Positions 25,745-35,006 of a DNA stretch of 59,756 bases are shown in pieces. The position numbers and the translations under genes were made by a program. Positions within the stretch are counted from its first letter, which is position 1, and each line of letters begins with the position of its first letter. Source of the stretch: a virus. Lineage: Duplodnaviria > Caudoviricetes. The stretch spans positions 1-59,756 of IMG/VR virus record IMGVR_UViG_3300029787_000037. One strand, given 5' to 3'. The notes beneath the pieces were generated by a model, which did not search any database, was not told the DNA's origin, and saw nothing but the letters and a program-made list of their open reading frames with translations.

Positions 25745-26926
25745 TTAGTCCTCCAAAATGCCCATGAAAATTTCGTTAGGGTTCATTACTCCGATATCGA
25801 CGCCATGCTCCTCAAAGCCCTCCAGCATCGTGTGGCGTTCTACAATTTCATCTACAAGGCTTCCGATATCGCGGCCCGAATGTTCCGCAATGTGCTTGTC
25901 ATCCAGGGGGGACCCTGCATCCCCATTTTCGGAGTACCCACGGCTAGGGCCTTCGCTCTCGCCTTCGCCTTCGGGGCGTCCTTCGCCTTCCTGATCGGAC
26001 CCGCCGCTGCCGCCGCCTTCGCCTTCTTGATCGGACGCACCGCCCTGGCCCTGGCCTTCGCCTTCGCCTTCGCCTTCGCGGTTAGACGGTCCACCCTGAC
26101 CATCCTCTTCAGTAACGTCCCCGTCTTCGCTCTCGCCTTCGCCTTGGCCTTCGCCTTGGCCTTCATCTTCGCGGTCATCATCGTTGAATTCATCATCCGA
26201 CTTCGGCGGCGTTGGGCCTTCGCCTTCGCCTTCGCCTTCGGGCGGCTCTGGCGCGACCTGTTTTCCCGCCAAGTCTGCGAACCAACGGGCGGTCTCCAGA
26301 ATATCTTGTGTGTTTTCAGCGGCTGCAATTTCCGCAACGGCTCGTTCAAAGATAGCGAGGGTATCGGGGGGTATCCCGTCTAGCATCTCTGCCACTTGGT
26401 CCCCCAGGTTGCCATACAGTGCATGGTACGCCATCAAGTTAACGCAGTATCCCCACTGGTCCTCGCATCTGGGGTCAGGGGTCCCCATCTTCGCGCAATA
26501 GCTGGTAAGTGCTGCGAGAATGTTACGGGCGTTGCCAAACTGAAATTTGTTGATCAGTTCCCGCTCCTGGCGCGGGTCCTCAAAACAGTTCACCAAATGT
26601 GAGAGGCCTTCCGCACAGGCTTCCTTCCAGACCTCTACGTCTGTGTAGAGGTTATGCCCCATTTCATGGGCGGCGAACCCAGAGAATACATCTGCCTCAT
26701 AACGCGATAGAACCGCATTGGCTGGTAGGTATGGGAAGGTGATCTTTGTGCGGATCACCCGCTCACCTTCCGCATTGGTTTTGATGTTCCACGATGTGGA
26801 CGCCGTGTCCCCGTGGAAGTCCACCCGTACCGTCTCCACTTTTAGACCCGCATTGGCGAGACTGGTATGGCAAGATGCCTGTAAGGCGGTGCTCAGATCC
26901 TGTGCTATGACTTGTTGATGTTTCAC
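25745..26926 (-). CDS. CobT N-terminal-like HExxH protein with acidic Gly/Glu-rich tail (GTG start)
   Basis: GFAAHEMGH..YTD, N.FED.R.E; GEGEGE low-complexity tail; GAAAGGA RBS. Confidence 0.8.
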   Translation of the reverse strand: MKHQQVIAQDLSTALQASCHTSLANAGLKVETVRVDFHGDTASTSWNIKTNAEGERVIRTKITFPYLPANAVLSRYEADVFSGFAAHEMGHNLYTDVEVWKEACAEGLSHLVNCFEDPRQERELINKFQFGNARNILAALTSYCAKMGTPDPRCEDQWGYCVNLMAYHALYGNLGDQVAEMLDGIPPDTLAIFERAVAEIAAAENTQDILETARWFADLAGKQVAPEPPEGEGEGEGPTPPKSDDEFNDDDREDEGQGEGQGEGESEDGDVTEEDGQGGPSNREGEGEGEGQGQGGASDQEGEGGGSGGSDQEGEGRPEGEGESEGPSRGYSENGDAGSPLDDKHIAEHSGRDIGSLVDEIVERHTMLEGFEEHGVDIGVMNPNEIFMGILED

Positions 26927-27024
26927 TGTCTTGTCCTTTCGGTTGCTTTGTCTGTCTGTCTGTCTGTCTAGGGGTATTGTGTGAGGCCCCGCCGTGTATG
27001 CTGCGAGGCCCCAAGGCAATAACC

Positions 27025-28530
27025 CTATTGGCTGAAGGGAAGGTCCCCTTCGGCTTCGTTGGCTTCGCCTTCTTGATCCTTCGCGGCGGCGGCGTCCAAC
27101 TCCGCTTGGACCGCTTCGGTATCTTCCCCGCGAATTGCAGCAATCATAGCCGCCTTGTGGTTATGAATATTCCAGAGTTGCACGGCGGTCTCCTGATCAT
27201 CAGGACGGGCCGCACCGATAACGGTGGACATGAACGCATGTTCAGGGGACCAGCCGTCCTTGATGGCACAAACAAAGGGGACAAGGGACCGCATCGACGG
27301 GCCGATATCGGCGGCTTGGCCTTCGCGCTCTGCCTTCCTAAGTACGTTGGCGAATGAAATCACCTTCTGTGCAGCCGCCTTCGTAATGGCGGCGTCCTTG
27401 GACAGGATAGTGGCTTCCAAGTCCTTGTCTGGATAGTCCACCCGCTCCTTGAAGGCCCAACGGTCCATCATGCTTGTGTCCTGTACCTGACAGCCGCTGT
27501 ACTGGCCTGTCAGGTCCCCATTACCGTTGGAATTGTCACAGGCAAATATCAGGACATCTTCGGCAATGTTGACCACTTCGCCCGTCTCCAGGGTAAACTG
27601 GCGGTCATCAACGTCCAGCATGTTGAGGAATACGAGGTCCGCTGGATCTGCGCGGAAAATTTCATCTAAGACAATCACGGCCCCCCGCTGCTTAAGTGCA
27701 TGGGTGAGGGAACCATCATTCCAAACCGTGTCCCCGTTTTCGATACCCATCGCCCCAACAAGTTCAATCGGGTTTACTGAGCGGGAAAAATTGATCTTAA
27801 AAAATGGGCGTCCGGTCATGGCCGCGAATTGTTTGGGAGCGGACGTTTTACCGGACCCCTTCGGACCCCATAGCAGTGCGGTGTAGCGGCCCCCGCTATT
27901 GTAGCCGCCCAGGGTTGCGAGTGTTTGGGCGATCTGCGGTTGCCACTGATAGTGAGATTTCAGCGGCGGGGTCTGGGGACAATCGAAAGTCTTGATCACC
28001 CCGTTCAGGCCTTCAACGCCGAATAGGTCTGTGGCGTAGGCGTCCTCGCCCTGGTTAACAGGGATGGTTTTGAGCTTCGGCTTGATTGGCCCTGCATCCC
28101 TGTTTGGGGCGGCGGCGGTATTATCCACGACCACTTTTGGCGCACGGGCGGCGGCGATTAATTCGCCTATCTTTTCCCGCTTTTCCGCATAGCCCAGGTT
28201 GGCTATGGCGTCGATCTCAGCCGTGTCGGGATCAACCCCAACGGGTACGGGGACTGGCTCCGCAATCGGTGCAGCCGCGACCGCTGCGGCCACAGACTGC
28301 GGCGGCGTTGGGCGTGGCGTTGATGCTGAGGGGGAAGGGGCGGGGGAGCCTTTAAGGCGTCCAAAGTCTGAAGGATCAATCCCCAAGGCCTGGGCGGTGT
28401 CGGTAATTTCAGCAACCCGTAGGGCCTCTGGTTTGATGTGTTTGAAACGGCCTGAAGTGTCCGCTTTCATCCGGTTACGAATTTCCGCGAGAATGGCGGT
28501 TCGTTGGTCTGGGCTGTATTTGTACTCCAC
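27025..28530 (-). CDS. MoxR/CobS-like AAA+ ATPase
   Basis: WGPKGSGKT, IVLDE, ACDN..G.GD..G.Y, MDRW, SMR. Confidence 0.9.
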   Translation of the reverse strand: MEYKYSPDQRTAILAEIRNRMKADTSGRFKHIKPEALRVAEITDTAQALGIDPSDFGRLKGSPAPSPSASTPRPTPPQSVAAAVAAAPIAEPVPVPVGVDPDTAEIDAIANLGYAEKREKIGELIAAARAPKVVVDNTAAAPNRDAGPIKPKLKTIPVNQGEDAYATDLFGVEGLNGVIKTFDCPQTPPLKSHYQWQPQIAQTLATLGGYNSGGRYTALLWGPKGSGKTSAPKQFAAMTGRPFFKINFSRSVNPIELVGAMGIENGDTVWNDGSLTHALKQRGAVIVLDEIFRADPADLVFLNMLDVDDRQFTLETGEVVNIAEDVLIFACDNSNGNGDLTGQYSGCQVQDTSMMDRWAFKERVDYPDKDLEATILSKDAAITKAAAQKVISFANVLRKAEREGQAADIGPSMRSLVPFVCAIKDGWSPEHAFMSTVIGAARPDDQETAVQLWNIHNHKAAMIAAIRGEDTEAVQAELDAAAAKDQEGEANEAEGDLPFSQ

Positions 28531-28686
28531 TTTTTATCTCCTAGTCTGTCTGTTTTGGTTCTGTCATAGGCTCTGCCCACGGGCAACGCCCAACACCAAT
28601 ATATTCGCGTTCGCTGTATAAAACAAGGGCTACATGCATTTTTTACAGGGGCCTTATGTCTGATACCAATGTGCAGGGCCTCAGAG

Positions 28687-28925
28687 AGTATGACGGCCCG
28701 CCCCCCGGTTTCTTACATCGTCCAGAAAACTTTTATTTTCCGCGCCAGACAGACAGACAGACAAGGCCCCGCCCCAGACAAACGGCCCACAGACAGACAA
28801 GGTATGACCGAAAGTATGACCGCCCGCCGCAGCCCGCCGCGCAGCCCCCGTCCCGCCTCACTATCCCGCCGTGGCCCCGCTGATTTCATATCAGCCGCCC
28901 AGACAAATCGAACACTTTGTCTGGC
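28687..28925. other. Second att-like site: Int arm repeats, symmetric core and AGACA cluster
   Basis: AGTATGACGG (28687), GGTATGACCGAAAGTATGACCGCCC (28801-28825), CCGCTGA-TTTCATA-TCAGCCGC (28877-28898). Confidence 0.7.
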
Positions 28926-29098
28926 CCTGGCCCACATCGACCAGAAGACACTCTGGCACCCCAGACCTGATCTCCGCGCCGCCCGCGATCCGCCCTGAAC
29001 CCAGTGCTTACGTTTTTGAGGGCTTAAACACGTTGTCTGAAAACACTGTTTTTAAAAATTTTTTTATATTATATTGTTGTCTATGGTCTGGAGGATCT

Positions 29099-29605
29099 AT
29101 GGCTAGACGAATAGACAAAAAGCCACCTAAGCATTTGCGGAAGATGGCGGCATTTAACCAAGAGATTTCAAAGATTGAACAAGAAGACATGCTGTTTCAG
29201 CACCCGTCCTTCTTGGGAAATCAACGGCAGTTTATTGATACGTTATATAAAGAGCTACCCGCCCTAGCGGATCGCTTGGTCAGTTATATGTCCGCTGTTC
29301 CAGAGCGTCATGTCAGCGCAAATGGCACGATGCAGTTGATGATCCCTGAGAAAGCCGCTCTTACAGACGGGCAACTCCAGCTTTTTAAGATGATCTTACA
29401 GAAAGGGCTACCGAACCAGCAGCCTGTAAATATGAACGGCGACCAGAGCCAAAAGACGGACGGGAAAGTCCACATCACCATCAACCAGTCTGGTCCTGAG
29501 ATAGACTTTGACCAGAGTGGGGAAGTAATACAGGGGGTCCAACAAGGTCGGGCAAAACAGGTGGGGACCCTGACGTTCAAGAAGCCCGAGGTTCTCAAGA
29601 AGTGA
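29099..29605 (+). CDS. Putative terminase small subunit (ATG 29099)
   Basis: GGAGG RBS; directly upstream of and overlapping terL. Confidence 0.55.
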   Translation: MARRIDKKPPKHLRKMAAFNQEISKIEQEDMLFQHPSFLGNQRQFIDTLYKELPALADRLVSYMSAVPERHVSANGTMQLMIPEKAALTDGQLQLFKMILQKGLPNQQPVNMNGDQSQKTDGKVHITINQSGPEIDFDQSGEVIQGVQQGRAKQVGTLTFKKPEVLKK

Positions 29606-30921
29606 GCCAAGAGGTAACCTTTGAGGCGCATCACGGGCAACAACTAGTCCTTGCGGACGAACATCGTTTTATGACCCTGGTATGTGGACGGCGTTGGGGT
29701 AAGGATCACCTAGCTTGTATTAAAATCCTCTCTCATAGCTTGTCTCATGTGTCTCCTCGCGGCGGTAAAATCTACGCTTGGTTAAATCCAGTCTATAATC
29801 CGCAAGGGAAAGAGAGCTTCCGTGTCTTTCGGACTTTTGCGGAGTCCGGTGGCTTGGTTCAGAAGTGCATAGAAACCCCACCAATGGAGATACGACTAAT
29901 AAACGGAGACAAGGTTGTCTTCTTTTCGGCAGATCAACCGGATAACTTACGGGGTGGTCAGTATGATGGGGTCATAATTAACGAGGCGGGGCTTATTGGG
30001 GACCTTGAAGATCTATGGTCTGGTCCTGTCGCTGCTATGTTGTTGGATAGAGCGGGGTGGGCTTGGCTACAGGGGACCCCGAAAGGGAAAGGACCCCTAC
30101 ATAAATTCTTCCTTCGCGGCCTTGTAGACAAATTAGACAACGGTAAACCTAATCCTTGGAAGTCTTACCGTTTCCCCACCAAGACAAATCCATTTATTCC
30201 CGCCGAAGAACTGGATCGTCTCAAGGACGAACTACCGGAGGATATGTTTCAGCAAGAATTCCTTGCTGAATTCCTTGATAGTGGTGGTGCAGTCTTCAGA
30301 GGCTTAGATCGAATGAGGGCTAATAGTGAAAACACTCGTATTTTACCTCAAAGCGATATGTGTCGAGTTGGTGTCGATCTTGCTAAACACACTGATTTCA
30401 CTGTTGCTGTTGCTTTGGACCCTGCCAGCAATGTTATTGGCTTTGATCGTTTTAACAATCTTGACTGGAATATCGTCACCACGCGGATTGAGAGGTTCTG
30501 TTCACGCTATAGGGGAACGGTGGTCCTTGATGCCTCTGGAGTGGGCGATCCGATCTACGACAACCTTGCGTCAAAAGGCTTGGCTATTCGACCAGTTAAG
30601 TTCACGAATGAGAGAAAGACCCAGATGGTTCAAAATCTCATGCTCCTTATTGAAGAGGGGATAATGCGGATACCGATACCTGATGGCTCCACTGGTATAG
30701 ACAATTCCACGGAACATCTTTGGCGTGAACTAGAGGCTTACAGCTATAACATCACTGCCACTGGTCGTATTCGTTACGAAGCTCCGCGAGGCTTCCATGA
30801 TGACTGTGTAACTGCCCTCTTCTTGGCTGCATCTGAGTTGGCTCCCCAAATGTCAGGTCATCATATGTTTAATGAATTAGAACTCTCCCGCGAAATCGGA
30901 CAGGCAAGCCACGGGTACTAG
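29602..30921 (+). CDS. terL: Terminase large subunit
   Basis: CGRRWGKD, NLRG, IINEA, GTPKG, FQQEFLAEF, GVDLA..DFT, LDASGVG, HDDCVTAL. Confidence 0.95.
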   Translation: MSQEVTFEAHHGQQLVLADEHRFMTLVCGRRWGKDHLACIKILSHSLSHVSPRGGKIYAWLNPVYNPQGKESFRVFRTFAESGGLVQKCIETPPMEIRLINGDKVVFFSADQPDNLRGGQYDGVIINEAGLIGDLEDLWSGPVAAMLLDRAGWAWLQGTPKGKGPLHKFFLRGLVDKLDNGKPNPWKSYRFPTKTNPFIPAEELDRLKDELPEDMFQQEFLAEFLDSGGAVFRGLDRMRANSENTRILPQSDMCRVGVDLAKHTDFTVAVALDPASNVIGFDRFNNLDWNIVTTRIERFCSRYRGTVVLDASGVGDPIYDNLASKGLAIRPVKFTNERKTQMVQNLMLLIEEGIMRIPIPDGSTGIDNSTEHLWRELEAYSYNITATGRIRYEAPRGFHDDCVTALFLAASELAPQMSGHHMFNELELSREIGQASHGY

Positions 30922-30929
30922 ACAAAATC

Positions 30930-30958
30930 TAGACAAAAACAATAGAAAAGCGTATATT
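30930..30958 (+). promoter_or_regulatory. Promoter upstream of portal operon
   Basis: TAGACA-N17-TATATT, within AGACAAAATCTAGACAAAA shared with 36175. Confidence 0.55.
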
Positions 30959-30998
30959 TTTGTCTGAGTTAACTTTTTTGTCTGGGATTTATTTTTCT

Positions 30999-31196
30999 AT
31001 GCATGGTAACCCTCGACTGAAAACAGGCGCACAGCGGTTGCGTACTAATACTAAACCCGCGAGGAAACCAGCGGCTGACAGAAAATCTAATAATGCTGTA
31101 GGCAGCGGTAAGGGATGGGGTCTACACACAATGGCAAAGAGTGATGCCACACATTATGAACCCCGATTAAAACGTAAGATACTGCCCCCTTATTAG
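30999..31196 (+). CDS. Small basic hypothetical protein
   Basis: ORF between terL and portal; weak RBS. Confidence 0.4.
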   Translation: MHGNPRLKTGAQRLRTNTKPARKPAADRKSNNAVGSGKGWGLHTMAKSDATHYEPRLKRKILPPY

Positions 31197-31205
31197 AGGT
31201 ACATT

Positions 31206-33440
31206 ATGGCCCGTAAGCCTAGACAAGGCGACCAGTCCGAAATCGACAGTGTCGTTAATCCTACCGATCAGATACACGATAATGTTGCTGATGGTCGTAT
31301 TCCAGAGGCTGACCCCAGACAGCTTGGACCTTACGTTGACCCAGAAGTAGCTTTAGAAAACGCGAGGACAGACTTGGTCAAAGACGCAGTTAACGAGATG
31401 ACTGCGATGGAAACACTTGAAAGGACGGGACCTAAATATGATCAAGCACTGGTTGATGAACTTAATGCAGAAGATGAAGACCCTGTGGTTGTGGTTAAAG
31501 CAGAAGTTGAAAATGCTTCTGTCATGCCTGACCAACAAGGGCCTGAAGCTGTTGGTAATGCTCTTAACCGCGACGACAACGCTGCTGAGTGGTTGGACCC
31601 AGAAACTGAAAGAAAACTTATAGACTATGCGAGAGCGCACTTTGATCTCAGCTATGATCGTATCTCTGACCGATATGAATACTGGCGGGACAGTGAGGTA
31701 ACCCATGACATCTATGTCCCAGCGTCCGTTGTTGAACGAACTAGCTCTACCGCGAGAACCTTCTCAACAGGTACTCTTTCTCAAGCCGAGGCGGCTGGAC
31801 GCTATAACGCCAAGAGTAAGGTTATCGATCAGATTAAGACCCCTTATAGCCGTGCTATCTCTGATACGATTTGTACATACAACCTTGCGATTTTTGGTGG
31901 AGCACCACCGTTTAAGCTAGAGAGTTCCGGTGACAGTCGGCAGCGTCGATCAGCGAAGATTCTTGAACGGGAGCTTCACCGGAATATGCGGAAGGTTGGT
32001 TATGAACAACGGCTCTATCAAGTCTTTCTGGACAACAATCGTTACGGCATGGCCCCTATCGCCTGTTTCTATGGCGCAGATGGAAACGTGCCTGTTAATA
32101 TTGATCCTTGGGCTTACTTCCCTGACCCGAGGGTAACCAGTCAAAACCGACACGAAGCTGAGTTTGTTGGGTACAGGTCTTGGGCTTCTCGCACTACGCT
32201 TTATAGACGTAACCATTACCAGAACCTTGATCGTCTAGAACAGAACCGCCCTTCCACCGCTTGGCGTTCTAATTCTTATCTAAAGGAAGTCATACGAGGT
32301 CAGTCCATCGATCCAGCTTTAGCCAGTGCGGCTGAGGAGATGAGCGGGGCAGGGGCTAAGATTGGGTATGCACATATTCTAAATACCTTATATGTGTATT
32401 GTGATCCGAGACGATTTAATATCCCAGCACCTTTTGGTTTATATCGGATGGTGATTGCGGACGAGACAGTAATTATCCAATTCGATAAGTCTCCTTACCC
32501 GCACGATCAGATACCCGTCATTCATGGTGAAGCAAACTATGATGCTCACCGGACTTTCGCTACATCTCTTTATGATCTTTTGATGCCGCTCCAGCGATAT
32601 CAAGATTGGTTGCTCCGTACCCGTGTGGAGAATGTACAGAGTATTGTTCAGAACCGTTTGGTAGTTGATCCGAACCGAGTGAACATCCGAGATATTCTTG
32701 ACCCGAACTCAGCGCGATTAATTAGAACTCTTCCAGGCTCTAACCCGAGTGATGCCTTACTCCCATTGAATATTCCAGACGCAACTCGCAATTACTGGGC
32801 AGACATGGACACGGCTGGTCAGTTAATGCAGCGGGTGGCTGCTGCTTCGGACACTGCCCAAGGTATTCAAGCGGAGACTCAAAGAACGGCTACCGAGATT
32901 GCACGTTTAACTAGCCTTGGTCAGCAGCGTCTTGGGATGCAAGCACGGCTCTTATCTGCTTCTACGATCCGTCCCCTGGTGCGTCAGATGATATCGAACA
33001 CGCAGTTCTTTAAAGTTGATGGCGGGTTCATCGATCTTCCCGAGGAGGTGTCTAATGAGAACCCGTCAGGCACGGTAGGGTTCAATCGATCTGAGATACT
33101 GGGAGACTTTGACTATGTCGTTGTAGATGGCACGTTGCCTACATCTCCCGAGGAGAACTCAGAAAATATTATGCGCTCAATTCGTATCCTGTCCGAGACA
33201 GGCGCAGCCCAAGGGTGGGACATGAATAAATTTGTTGAGCGACTTATAGAGAGCTTTGGCTTCCATGATGTCGAGAATTGGAAAGCGGCTCCTCAACAAG
33301 TCATGCCTGATCAACAGATCCAACAAGAGCTAGCCGCTGGCAACATCTTACCGATGCAACAAGCCCAGCAAGAGATGGGTATGGGGCAACCACCAATCGC
33401 TCCAGAGCCTGACTTAGCTCCACAACCACAGGTCGGTTAA
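31206..33440 (+). CDS. Portal protein
   Basis: 744 aa after terL; IDPW.YFPDP, LMPLQ, RTATEI motifs; Q/P-rich tail. Confidence 0.88.
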   Translation: MARKPRQGDQSEIDSVVNPTDQIHDNVADGRIPEADPRQLGPYVDPEVALENARTDLVKDAVNEMTAMETLERTGPKYDQALVDELNAEDEDPVVVVKAEVENASVMPDQQGPEAVGNALNRDDNAAEWLDPETERKLIDYARAHFDLSYDRISDRYEYWRDSEVTHDIYVPASVVERTSSTARTFSTGTLSQAEAAGRYNAKSKVIDQIKTPYSRAISDTICTYNLAIFGGAPPFKLESSGDSRQRRSAKILERELHRNMRKVGYEQRLYQVFLDNNRYGMAPIACFYGADGNVPVNIDPWAYFPDPRVTSQNRHEAEFVGYRSWASRTTLYRRNHYQNLDRLEQNRPSTAWRSNSYLKEVIRGQSIDPALASAAEEMSGAGAKIGYAHILNTLYVYCDPRRFNIPAPFGLYRMVIADETVIIQFDKSPYPHDQIPVIHGEANYDAHRTFATSLYDLLMPLQRYQDWLLRTRVENVQSIVQNRLVVDPNRVNIRDILDPNSARLIRTLPGSNPSDALLPLNIPDATRNYWADMDTAGQLMQRVAAASDTAQGIQAETQRTATEIARLTSLGQQRLGMQARLLSASTIRPLVRQMISNTQFFKVDGGFIDLPEEVSNENPSGTVGFNRSEILGDFDYVVVDGTLPTSPEENSENIMRSIRILSETGAAQGWDMNKFVERLIESFGFHDVENWKAAPQQVMPDQQIQQELAAGNILPMQQAQQEMGMGQPPIAPEPDLAPQPQVG

Positions 33441-33715
33441 TGAAAAACTTATCAAGCAGCGAACTCAAGACGGGGTTTGCAAAGCTGGAAGACAACGCCT
33501 TCTGGCAGATCTACAGGGAAAAGTTACAGGGAGAGTTTGACCGAGTGCAGCAGACTTTAATCTCAAATGCTTCAGCCGAGGCAGATACGATTAGGGTTTG
33601 TGCGTCACTTATGTCGGCGTTTCAAACAGCGTTAGATTTGCCTCAAAGGATTATAGAGCAAGTCGAAACGGACGAGGAACTGAAAGGACCTTCCGATGGC
33701 AAGAACGAAGAGTGA
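33440..33715 (+). CDS. Small conserved post-portal protein
   Basis: 91 aa, helical; typical podophage synteny. Confidence 0.65.
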   Translation: MKNLSSSELKTGFAKLEDNAFWQIYREKLQGEFDRVQQTLISNASAEADTIRVCASLMSAFQTALDLPQRIIEQVETDEELKGPSDGKNEE

Positions 33716-34829
33716 AGCTGAAGTAACCGCAACCAAGAACCAAGGTTCCGGTGCTATTACTGATCCTAACCAAGCTGCTAATCCTCCCGCTGAGGCCCCC
33801 CAGCCAGCAACTGATGCTGAAGCGAACCCTGATAAAGATGGGCTTCGTGCGGCTGATCGCTTGTATGCGAATGATCGTCTGGAAGCAGACTATGATTATG
33901 ACGTTATGCAAGATGTAGATCCGCGAGAGGATCGCCAGCCCGAGGACGCCAATCAGCAAGATCTAGCCGAAGAAGGTGAGAGTGCTATTGATCGGATGCT
34001 TCGTATTAAATATCGCGGCAAAGAAGAAGATGTCAGCGAAGAAGATGCGGTCACTATGATCCAACAGTTTAAGATGATGGATAATAAATATGGGCCAATC
34101 CTTCAGCTAGCTAGAAACTTATCTGAGCAAACTGGTGAGTCTGACCCACAGAAGCTCGCAGAAATTATGGCGGGGAGCATTGGGCAAGCTGTTGAGAACA
34201 GAGTCAATGAGATGCAGCCCGAAGCCGCTGCGATGCAACAACCGGAGCAACCTGACCCCGCTCTTATGCAAAGGCAGCAACAAGACTTAGAAACCTCTCG
34301 TCAGCAAGCACAGGCTTTCTTTGACGATAATGGGCTTACCCCTACTAATGAGGCTATGCACTCAATGACCAACATGATCATGTACGGGGATCAGATATCT
34401 AGAGTTGCTAACACTCTGCCCCAGCTTATGGCTGATGTGGAAGCCTTCAAACAATCCCAGGCTATGAACGCTCAAGAAAGCCAGCGCAAATTAGTTGATA
34501 GCACAGCGTCGGCTGTAGCCGCAGAACTTGGCATCGATACCGAGCAAGAGTTCAATGACTATCTGAGTTGGGTAGACGGGCAAGAGGAGTTTATCCCAAA
34601 CTACAAACAAGTCATTTCTCAAAACCCGAAAGCGATGGAGCGGTCCATACGTGACTATCATGCTATCGCTACGGGTAACAGAAATACCCAAGAGCAAATG
34701 GCTATGAAGAAACAAGTTGAAAAGAATATCCAACGGGCTGGAGGAGAAACGGTAGCAAGCCGTGGCTCTGATGCGCCTGGGGGACCCGCTCCAGCAAACT
34801 TTAACGATGAGATTATGAATCTCATTTAA
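33696..34829 (+). CDS. Capsid scaffolding protein
   Basis: Acidic N-terminus, 'IKYRGKEEDVS', coiled coil; precedes MCP. Confidence 0.75.
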   Translation: MARTKSEAEVTATKNQGSGAITDPNQAANPPAEAPQPATDAEANPDKDGLRAADRLYANDRLEADYDYDVMQDVDPREDRQPEDANQQDLAEEGESAIDRMLRIKYRGKEEDVSEEDAVTMIQQFKMMDNKYGPILQLARNLSEQTGESDPQKLAEIMAGSIGQAVENRVNEMQPEAAAMQQPEQPDPALMQRQQQDLETSRQQAQAFFDDNGLTPTNEAMHSMTNMIMYGDQISRVANTLPQLMADVEAFKQSQAMNAQESQRKLVDSTASAVAAELGIDTEQEFNDYLSWVDGQEEFIPNYKQVISQNPKAMERSIRDYHAIATGNRNTQEQMAMKKQVEKNIQRAGGETVASRGSDAPGGPAPANFNDEIMNLI

Positions 34830-34853
34830 TAGTTAACATTTGTCTGAGCTTTT

Positions 34854-34862
34854 GTTATAATA
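34854..34862 (+). promoter_or_regulatory. Extended -10 promoter for major capsid gene
   Basis: TGTTATAAT about 145 nt upstream of the ATG. Confidence 0.5.
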
Positions 34863-35006
34863 TTGACACTACATCGGCCTACCAAGGTTTGCCGCATAAC
34901 AGTCAAGACCATTATGGACACTCACTGTTCTGCCGCTAGATAACTGTCGGAGCCACCGTAGCGAATAAACCCTAAACCCATTCTCATGCCATGAAAGGAT
35001 TGTACT

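Noticed and set aside
25343-26383. Long antisense and alternate-frame ORFs (also 19392-20216, 22199-22846, 25852-26349, 50113-50751)
   Set aside because: Shadows of real genes, favoured by high GC and low-complexity codons
24841-28530. Cobalamin-biosynthesis auxiliary genes (cobS/cobT) feeding NrdJ
   Set aside because: No cobN or other cob genes; phage MoxR-VWA pairs are widespread without a cobalamin role
7447-28898. 21-kb invertible or excisable segment between attP and the second site
   Set aside because: 7-bp overlaps do not match in either orientation (TTACAAA vs TTTCATA/TATGAAA), so efficient exchange is not expected
28871-29098. N-terminal extension of the terS ORF as given in the track
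   Set aside because: Crosses the GC-to-AT boundary and promoter-like DNA; a strong RBS precedes ATG 29099
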